DNA of 43,543 bases from Octopus sinensis (taxonomy: Eukaryota). The notes under the pieces are model-generated. The model saw only the letters and a list, made by a program, of their open reading frames with translations. It searched no databases and was not told where the DNA came from. Made by a program: the position numbers and the translations under genes. The stretch is from positions 1-43,543 of the forward strand of contig NW_021835008.1 of the NCBI RefSeq assembly GCF_006345805.1, written 5' to 3'. This document shows, one piece after another, positions 34,457-43,543 of the stretch; positions within the stretch are counted from its first letter, which is position 1; each line of letters starts with the position of its first letter.

Positions 34457-34660
34457 TGGGAAGGTTTACGAAAATAAACAAAAGACGAAGGCAGGTGGAG
34501 TACAAGCAAACAATTGCATTATTGTATTAGTATGGCGCTCAGGAAAGAATAGAACGAGTCTTTCAAGTTTCGAGCCTACGCTCTTCGACAGAAAGATACG
34601 CAGAAAAAAACAGGGGAGAAACAAGGAGAGAAAAAATGCGTGCAGGAGCTAACGATCTAT
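34457..34660 (-). mobile_element. Short repeat, same family as 19590-19776, decayed hammerhead at 34558-34596
   Basis: gtttacgaaaataaacaaaagacgaaggcaggtggagtacaa...gtttcgagcctacgctcttcgacagaaagatacgcag is shared with 19600-19735. Confidence 0.85.
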
Positions 34661-34686
34661 CATATATAAAAGATAGATATATAAAA

Positions 34687-34754
<68 letters not shown>

Positions 34755-35198
34755 GTATTATTTATATTATTATTTAATTGAACACCGCGTATCCATTTCC
34801 AAGTAAGTCTCAACCTTTTTGATGCGACTCTACTATCTACTGTATTCTTCTCCCACCGTTCAATATTTTCCTCTCCTCTCGTCTAACGACCCTCTGTGTT
34901 TGTTTTCGTTTGGTTTCCTTGTATGTCTCCACTGTCCTGTTTTTATTCCCCATTTTGACCCTCCATAAATCCAAAATTTAATTTGGAATGTGTGAGAGCA
35001 ACTGTCTTCGAAGACTCATTTCGTTGAATGCTCGAAATAAGGAGTAGATATACATCCGACAACTGATGAAGGGTCGTCCTCTCTGTTTTTACTTGTCCTG
35101 TTTTCCATTTTTTTCACTTGTTGTGTGCGTATTTAACTCGTTTTTTTCGTACATCATGTTGTTTGCACAGTTGGTAACTTTCTGTAGCAATATACGCA

Positions 35199-35272
<74 letters not shown>

Positions 35273-35382
35273 ATATATATATATGCGTATATTGCTACAG
35301 AAAGTTACCAACTGTGCAAACGCCACGCATTCATTTGCAACTGGTAAACACAGACACACACACATATATATATATATGTAGG

Positions 35383-35465
<83 letters not shown>

Positions 35466-35509
35466 CGGGAAGCTTATGAAAATAAACAAAAGACAAAGGC
35501 AGGTGGAAT

Positions 35510-35570
<61 letters not shown>

Positions 35571-36799
35571 CATACAACATATATATATGTATGTATGTAT
35601 GCATATCTAGGCTAATAGATAGACAGATAGAAAAGATATAGTCAGACTCACGACCTATGCTAGTGACTACAGTGTTCAGAAAGATAGAAGATTACTATAC
35701 GATGAAGCTGTATGCCATATTTGGTTTACTACGCAATACATACACATCTCTCTGACTTGCCAATTACTTTGATAATCTTTGCCAAGTTGCTGCTACTCTA
35801 CACTGTCGCAACCAATTTAATAATTCTCTTTTCCTTCTTTGCCAATTTGCTAGTTGTCCAAACTTGTTTGGCAACTTGCCGGATCTCCAAATGAATTGTG
35901 CATTGATGTATCAAGAGAATACATGCATACATACAAACATACTTACACACACACATACATAGATGCATACAAATATACATACACACATGCATACATTCAA
36001 ACATATGCACACACACACACATAAACTTTTTTTGTGTGAGTGCATCTATTTTATGGATGTACATATATACAAAGACACACACAAACAAATACACGAACAC
36101 ACACACATCCACAGTCATATATATGTGTACATATACAAACATACGTACACACATACATACACACAAATATATATATGTATCTCTATGTGCGTATTATGTG
36201 TGTATGTATAGATCTGTGCATCTGCATAAGCACATATGTATGTATACATATAATGATTTTTGTATATGTATATAAATATGTGAGTATGTATGTAGAATTG
36301 GATGGATGGATAAATACGTGTATGTATAAATACTCACGGTGCAGTGTGATTATTAGCAGGTAAAGATCTACCCAATCACCGTTTCTTAAAAAAAGTACTG
36401 ATCCGATGTTGTCGTTTGGCGAAAGTTGCAGAAGCATTACGGTATTTATTCTGGATCTTAGTTTTCTGTTCTGAACTCCCATTTCGCTACTGATTCAAAC
36501 TATTTCTGTCCTAACACCGCACCACATCGAATATTTTTCATGGCGTGTAGATAAGAGATTTGCTGGTGTATGGGCTATTGCTACTTTCCATAATGTAATC
36601 TCTGACTACATCTCAGCAGGCAGTAGCCCATACATAACAAACACAGACTAAGAGAGTTTGGAGGGTCGTGGATGTAAATTCATCAAGTAGAATCTCCGTA
36701 GGTTCCCATCAGAAGCAACCGATATTACGTTTTCCGGCTTGTTTCTAAAACGCGACCAACGGAGACTATGGATATTATCAGTCATCTACTTCTTTGTAT

Positions 36800-37006
36800 G
36801 TCTTTAAAATTCCTACTGATTGTCTTAAGCTTGAAGGAGTCTTTCTAATCAAATGTCCGTGGTACCGGAGCCATCACTTATTAATGCGGAGAAGTAGCAG
36901 TTCAACATGTAAACTCTCACTGATCTCGGAGCTATACACTCTGTCTAGTAACGTTATTTCAGAAATCCTTCGGAAGAACCTCATTTTGGTTGCTTATATT
37001 CGTGAC
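36800..37006 (-). pseudogene. Old RTE-clade LINE 3' coding remnant
   Basis: Minus-strand translation SRI*ATKMRFFRRISEITLLDRVYSSEISESLHVELLLLRINK*WLRYHGHLIR matches the RTE post-RT pattern EMRFLRR...DRVRS..IR...LRW.GHL.R. Confidence 0.7.
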
Positions 37007-37136
37007 ACCATCAAGAGTGATACCGGAATGGACATAGCCAATCTGAAAGAAGCGGCCCAGGATAGAACTGACTGGAGGACACTGATCCAACGAGTAACCG
37101 AGAGTCGACTTCGACTGAGCGGATAAATAGATAGAT
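37003..37136 (+). mobile_element. 5'-truncated RTE (BovB-like) 3' end
   Basis: DTIKSDTGMDIANLKEAAQDRTDWRTLIQRVTESRLRLSG*, nearly identical to 41231-41352; short (TAGA) tail. Confidence 0.9.
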
Positions 37137-37710
37137 ATATTCGTGATCATGCGTTTCTGATCATTACCCAAAATTCATAACCGTAAGGATAAACAACAAT
37201 AAAAATAAATCGAATTGAAGATAGCGTGATTGACTTTTTTAAGAATCTGAGGATCGAATGCTGAAGCTGGCTCATTGCGGTGCCACCATTAGCAATTCTA
37301 TTATCTTATTCAACCTCCTGCTTTCTATAATGTTTTGCATATCTCACATCTCTCAGCATCGATGCATTAAAACCTTCGTAGTCTAACTCGCTACAAGTCA
37401 TCAATTCGTTCACTACCTTTTTAGCAACAGGTTATAAAATCCGAAACATTTTTCCACGCTCAGAATTATCGAAACCTAAACTAAACTACCCACGTCAGTT
37501 AATAGTTGATAGGACATGATATACCTTCCAAAATATATGATTCTCAAAATTGAACTGTATCTCGTACCTGAATCTTCTATGCATCCTAAGAGTGCATAGA
37601 TGCTCTACTTGTTTCACATCTCTGCTTTTGTATTTTACCTGTACGTGCATAAACACACACACACATACACGCACATTTCGTTTTTGTATTTCGTTTGAAA
37701 GATTCTTTAT

Positions 37711-37880
37711 GTGAATTCGTGTGTTGAAACATATTTTATTGTGTCTCGGGAGAGTCATTCTGTTTTAGTGCCTTATTACTTAAAACACTTGCAGGTTCGA
37801 TTTCCACTCATTTACTTGTTTTTTCCAAAATTTCCGTTGCGTCTTGCAACATTTTCAATAGTCGTTGACTCTACCCGTTT
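37711..37880 (-). mobile_element. Short repeat with decayed U3-A8 hammerhead-like motif (37825-37863); inverted relative at 39680-39755
   Basis: RNA CUA-UUGAAAA-uGUUGC aagac GCAAC-g-GAAA-UUU-UGG; plus-strand copy actattgagaaggtggcaacacgcaac at 39724. Confidence 0.5.
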
Positions 37881-38531
37881 ACACAGGTGTGTTCTTTTTG
37901 TTTGTTTGTTTGTGCGAATGCGTGTACGTCAGTGTGCGTGTGTACACATATATGTATGTATATATGTATGCATGCATCAGGCTAGTTCTCCTAGCTAAAT
38001 TTTAGCATAAAAAATTGTGATTTGATCCAGTAGGAAAGCGTTTACATAAACAGTTGTTTCAACGTTATAGGACAGTAAGTAGCGCCACCACTCAAGTTTA
38101 GATCTAAATATCTTTTTTATTTTAAAAGTAAAATATATTTATCTTAACTTCAATGATAGGAAGCATGAAGAATTTCATAGTTATTCAAAAAGTTGTGAAG
38201 TAAAATATCATGAAAAAGATATAAGTAAGGCAAAAATTGGATTTAGGTATAATCAATATTTTTATATTTTAATTAGGAGCTCAATTCGATGAGTTTCATG
38301 GTATGAATCTAATGCAATGAAGTTTAAAAAGAAAAAGTTATGAATTTTTGTTTCTAAAATTTGAGGGTGATAATACAGTTCTATACTTTTTTATGAATAT
38401 AGTTCTATAAGGGACATTTAATATGTCACCGGTGTCATTGAGGTAAGAAAATATTATCAGCGACACTTCTAATTGACACGTTTGACATTATTAATTAGCA
38501 TAGTAGCATAACCTGGAAAAAACATTGATTA

Positions 38532-39396
38532 CATGGGAAAATGCGAGCAAGAGAAATATTATTCTTAAGATTATAAACTTGGAAAGTTACAGGACAAGTT
38601 TTTATAGATGGAAAAGTTCAGGGCAACTTAATACACCTGGCAAAGTACAGAATAAGAAACATTTTACTTAAAATATTGCAGCTAATGATAAAATTTTAAT
38701 ATTAAAAATTAATTGATTTTAATTTACAAAGTAATATTATAAATAAGAAAGGTACCATTATTTTGTTAAAATATCCATACTTTAGCTATATTGGTAAGAA
38801 TTACCAATATAACTAAAGTTTTATGCAAAGTAAAATATTATATATGGTAGTCAAGTTTCATTATGTAAAAAATAGGCATTGGGTCAAGACTAAAACTGTG
38901 AAGACTTGGCAATAACTTAGGCAATAACCCAAGCAAATTTTACAGTGAAGTTTTTGTTATAGGTAGATTTTACTGTAATATTTAACTAATTTCTTTATTC
39001 CTATATTTATTGTACTAATTGTGTACTACTATTATTTTTATAACCTATTTTCAGATTTCTAATTGTTAATCAATAATTAAAAAATTGAATTATTTTAAAT
39101 TGCAAAATATATCTTAATTGAGGTACATTTTATTTTTAATAGAAGTAAAAAGTAATAACATGTAGAAATAATTACTTGTAATAGAATTTTTAGGTTAATA
39201 AAAGCTAATATTTTCTAAATCTAAATATTTCATTTCAAATTTTATCCTCAGCTGCAATATTTTAAGCAAAAAATTTCTTATTCTGTACTTTACCGGATGT
39301 AATAACTTGTTCTGAACTCTTCCAAGTGTTATAACTTGTCCTGTAATTTTCCAGGTTTATAATCGTAAGAATATTATTTCTCTTGCTCACATTTTT

Positions 39397-39401
<5 letters not shown>
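38532..39401. mobile_element. Non-autonomous DNA transposon with ~170-bp terminal inverted repeats
   Basis: catgggaaaatgcgagcaagagaaatattattcttaagattataaacttgga...aaatattgcagct mirrors 39235-39401. About 30-bp subterminal repeats (GGAAAGTTACAG-like), TA flanks, internal hairpin 38779-38819, no ORF. Confidence 0.8.
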
Positions 39402-39469
<68 letters not shown>

Positions 39470-39924
39470 GTAGGTAAATGGATATGTAACGAACAGATAG
39501 ATGAATAGACAGATAGGTACACAGGTAATATGGACAGACAAGCACACACACATACATACGCAAATGAAGGCTGAAACACAACCATATACATAAACACTCA
39601 TATTTCACGTACACAGTGACACATGGAAATACAAATTCATACTTATCATACGCACAAACCCATGCGCATAAATACACACAAACAAGCAAAAAGAAACGCA
39701 GCTTTGATAACAGAGATTCAACAACTATTGAGAAGGTGGCAACACGCAACAAAAATGGATATACGCATGCTATAACGGAATCCTAACATGGATCATTTGA
39801 TCCAGCCTTAGCTGTGGTCTTGGAACCTAATGGTCGATCAACTATAACACTTACCCAGTGTAGATCTCAAATGAACTAGAACCCTCATATTCTTTATGTA
39901 CATATGTATGTATATATATATACA

Positions 39925-40053
39925 CTAGCAATACATCCCAGAGTACCCAGGTGTTATGACCTACAAGCACATTTCTATACAACATAATTTATTTTTTACT
40001 TCCAATACGTAAGGGAAATTTCATTCCCGGGCAACGCCGGGTGCCTCTGCTGG
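39925..40053. mobile_element. Mini element with Helitron-type 3' termini
   Basis: Plus strand: CCCGGgcaacgCCGGG hairpin (40026-40041) then CTGG|T. Minus strand: decayed hairpin (39937-39951) then CTAG|T. Confidence 0.55.
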
Positions 40054-40281
40054 TATGTATGCATATATGTATACACAAACACACATATGTATATATACGT
40101 TATTAATAAATCTGCAAAGACATCAGTTTCGAACAGTTTTGGTTGGGAATGGAACAAAAAATAAGGTCATATGTATAAATACACAATACATTGATAGACA
40201 CATATTTGAAATTGGTTTGTTTCATTGGTCGTTTCAACCAACGGTCTTTCAATAACACTGGTTATATCAAATTAAAATTAG

Positions 40282-40336
<55 letters not shown>

Positions 40337-40347
40337 TATATATATAT

Positions 40348-41351
40348 CATGACAAGTTATGGAAATGTCTGGAGGAAATGGGAACACCTTTACACCTTGT
40401 CCAGCTTATTAGTTCACTCTATCGAAACCAAGAAGCTACAGTACGGACACCATATGGCGACACTGATTGGTTTGAGATTGGAAGAGGCACTCGGCAAGGT
40501 TGCATCCTGTCACCAGCAGCCTTCAACATGTACGCTGAAAATGTCACGAGGAATGCAGGCAGGGAGAATAGCAGCATTGGAATGAGGATTGGAGGAAGAA
40601 ATATTAATAACATTCGCTATGCAGATGATACAACCCTGCAGGCAGAAAATAATAAGGATCTAGAGAATCCTGCTAGTCAAGAAAGAGAGTGGGAAATTTG
40701 GGCTGTACCTCAATGTCAAGAAAACGAAGATCATGTCAAAAGCAGCCACAACAGACATCAGCATCAAGATCGATAATGAAGAGATCGAAGTGGTTGATGA
40801 TTTCATCTTCCTTAGCTCCAAAATAAATCGAGATGGTGACTGCACTCCAGAAATAAGACGGCGGATAGCACTAGGCAGAGAGGCAATGGTCAGCATGAGC
40901 AAGATCTGGAAGAGTAGAGACATCAGACTCACTACCAAATGCAGATTGGTGAATGCAATCGTCTTCCCAATAGCAACATATGGATGCGAGACCTGGACAC
41001 TAAAGAAAGTTGACCAGAAGAGAATAAATGCATTCGAGCTTTGGTGTTGGAGATTTTTACGGATTCCATGGACAGCGAGGCTCACCAGTGGAGAAGTTCT
41101 TAACTAGGATCACCAAGCATAGATTGACATATTTTGGTCATATTATGCGGAGAAAATCCCTGGAGAAGGATATCATGCTCGGAATGGTCAGTGGCAACAG
41201 AGGAAGAGGCCGACCAAGAACCCGCTGGCTTGATACCATCAAGAGTGATACGGGAATGGACATAGCCAATCTGAAAGAAAGCGGCCCAGGATAGAACTGG
41301 CCGGAGAACACTGATCCACCGAGTGATCGAGAGTCGACTTCGACTGAGCGG

Positions 41352-41352
<1 letters not shown>
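40348..41352 (+). mobile_element. RTE-clade (BovB-like) LINE, 5'-truncated RT pseudogene
   Basis: HDKLWKCLEEMG..GRGTRQGCILSPAAFNMYAE..GGRNINNIRYADDTTL; TKCRLVNAIVFPIATYGCETWT; AFELWCWR; LTYFGHIMR; GRGRPRTRWLD; WRTLIHRVIESRLRLSG across frameshifts; (TA)n on both sides. Confidence 0.95.
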
Positions 41353-41382
<30 letters not shown>

Positions 41383-41425
41383 TATATATATACACATATA
41401 CATAATATATATATACATACATAAT

Positions 41426-41497
<72 letters not shown>

Positions 41498-41810
41498 TAT
41501 ACATATATATATATATATGTGTGTGTGGATATCGATGTTGACGATAGAAAAATCTCCGTTCCCCAGTATCACTGTATCCGTTTCTATTGTAATGTGGGGT
41601 GGGAGTCAAATTCTTCATTGATCAATAACAAGAAAATACACTGTATTTAGACAGCTTCTTTTCTTTTCCTTCTTTTCTTCTTGTTAATTTATTGATTTAT
41701 TGGCTTATATATTTTCGACACATTCTAGGCCTTGACATCCAGCCAGCCATTTATCTATCTGTCTGTATCTGTATTCTTTTGGGTTTTTTTATTTTTTTAG
41801 CCTTTTATTT

Positions 41811-41995
41811 GTTTTATTTATTTGACTGTAGCCATGCTGGTGAACCGCCTTGAAGGGTTTTAGTCGAAAAAATCGACATTGCCATTTTTTGAAGCGTAGC
41901 ATTTATTCTATTGGGATCTTTGGGCGTAAAGATAGCTTACGAGGAGGTAAACTCACCAACACAGGTTGTCAAGCGTGGTGGGGAACAAATACAAA
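41811..41995 (-). mobile_element. SINE family A 3' half, degenerate
   Basis: tttgactgtagccatgctggtgaaccgcc...caccaacacaggttgtcaagcg. Confidence 0.75.
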
Positions 41996-42013
41996 CACAC
42001 ACACACATATATA

Positions 42014-43224
42014 GAAGGGTTGGCAAAATAGTGGAAACAGCTAGCATCATAGCATAATCATTTTGAAATATTCGCCAAACGCTTGTTTATGTTTTTATTT
42101 ATTATTGGGTTGCTTAATATGTTTCGCTAAAATTACTTTCCAGATATCATCAGAAAAAGGTAATTAAAATTCATTAAAATTACAAATCTATTAGACTTTC
42201 AAAGAGGTCAAATTATTGGTGCACGTATGGCAGGCGCTAGCGTAACGAAACTAGCTGAAATGCTTAGTGTATCAAGAAGCACTGTCTTGAATGTAATGAC
42301 AGCCTTTAAGAAAGATGGAAAAACCTTCTCGTCGAAACAAAACTCCTGAAGAAAACCAAAACTTTCAGATAGGAAGCGCCGGACTCTTACGCGAATTGTT
42401 AGAAAGGATCACAAAAGTATAGCTCCCAAAATGACTGCAGAGCTTCATGGCCACCTCAAGAATCCAGTTTCCACAAAAATTGTTCGCCATGAGCTGCACA
42501 AAGCCGGATTTACCGGGAGAGCTGCAATCAGGAAACCACTACTTTCAAAAACAAACGTTGCAAAGTTGCAAAGTGTTTAGGGTGGAGTAAAACCTACAGA
42601 ATTGTGCCTAGAGTAGTGGAAGAATGTTACTTTCTCAGACGAGTCATCCTTTACCTTACTTCCGACCACCGGCCGAGTATACGTGTGGAGACAGCCAAAA
42701 GAAGCATTTGACCCAAATTGCCTTCTTCCAACTGTTAAACATGGAGGAGAATCTGTAATGATCTGGTGTTGTTATATATTGGGAATCCGCCGGTCCAATG
42801 ATTTCCCTTCGTGCCTGAATTAATAGTTAAGACTATTTAAGCATTTTATTTGATCAAATTCATTCTATGTTTGCAGAACTGTTTCCGGAGAGAAGACCAA
42901 TTCACGCAGCTAAAGTTGTTACTGAATGGCTCGTGGAACATTCTAGTGAAGTTGAACAATTTATCTGGTCATCACAGTCCCCAGATCTCAATATTATTGG
43001 ACATTTATGGTGTATTTTAGAAATCCTCCACCATCATCCTTACAAGAACTGAAGACTGTTTTAGCTGAAGTATGGAGAAAATTCCTTTGGAAACAATTCA
43101 AACTTTGTACGAGTCCATACCTCGTAGTATTCAAGCTGTAATTACTGCCAAAGCGGTCCTACCCTGTATTACAATAAGTTTGCTTGACATTTTAAGATGT
43201 TTCCATTATTTTGTCCAACCCCTG
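42014..43224 (+). mobile_element. Tc1-family DNA transposon with both TIRs
   Basis: TA|gaagggttggcaaaatagtggaaaca ... tgtttccattattttgtccaacccctg|TA. Confidence 0.93.
42179..43167 (+). pseudogene. Tc1 transposase pseudogene
   Basis: LLDFQRGQIIGARMAGASVTKLAEMLSVSRSTV (HTH); RKPLL; WKNVTFSDESSF; PTVKHGGESVMIW; PIHAAK; SPDLNIIGHLW. Contains stops and frameshifts; the second catalytic Asp region appears deleted. Confidence 0.92.
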
Positions 43225-43232
43225 TATGTATG

Positions 43233-43288
<56 letters not shown>

Positions 43289-43322
43289 TGTGTGTGTGTG
43301 CGTGTGTGTGTGTTGTGTGTGT

Positions 43323-43460
43323 GTCTGCCAAATCTACTCACAAGGTGTGGTCGGTCCCTGGCTATAGTAGAACACACTTGCATAAGGTGGCACACACTGA
43401 GACTGAACCTGGAAATGTGGTTGGGAAACAAGCTTCTTACCATACGGCCACGCCTGCGCT
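43323..43460 (-). mobile_element. SINE family A 5' fragment
   Basis: Reverse complement gcgcaggcgtggccgtatggtaagaagcttg...ccaggttcagtctc. Confidence 0.85.
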
Positions 43461-43543
43461 TATACATACATACATTCATACGCACATACATACATACATA
43501 CATACATACATACATACATACATACATACATACATACATACAT

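Noticed and set aside
37985-39260. Very AT-rich stretch resembling mitochondrial rRNA (NUMT)
   Set aside because: No conserved rRNA motifs recognised; most of it is explained by the TIR element 38532-39401.
1-43543. Numerous ORFs rich in YI/HT/CV/MY repeats
   Set aside because: They are translations of (TA)n, (CA)n and (TATG)n microsatellites with no domain evidence.

Overview
AT-rich, microsatellite-saturated animal genomic DNA, most likely an octopus (cephalopod), judged from recognisable octopus-type tRNA-derived SINEs. It is intronic or intergenic, and I could not support any host gene. Most ORFs in the track are artefacts of (TA)n, (CA)n, (TATG)n and (GAA)n runs. The real coding remnants all come from mobile elements: Penelope-like elements (PLEs; a Naiad-type RT+GIY-YIG copy and Neptune-type GIY-YIG fragments), RTE LINEs, an R4/Dong-like restriction-like endonuclease, and decayed mariner and Tc1 transposons. 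The main unexplained signal is about 20 minimal type I hammerhead ribozyme (HHR)-like motifs on both strands, found by eye. They have palindromic stem III, compensatory variation at the core 3-8 pair (C-G, U-A, G-C) and, in one subclass, 40-100 nt stem II expansions. Two lie directly downstream of PLE ORFs. Most others lie in short non-coding elements whose 3' ends abut (TA)n tracts, often as tandem or inverted copies. One direct repeat starts almost exactly at the predicted cleavage site. Together this suggests a diverse population of microsatellite-targeting PLE-derived or retrozyme-like RNAs. Folds and boundaries were read manually and are approximate; ribozyme activity is untested.
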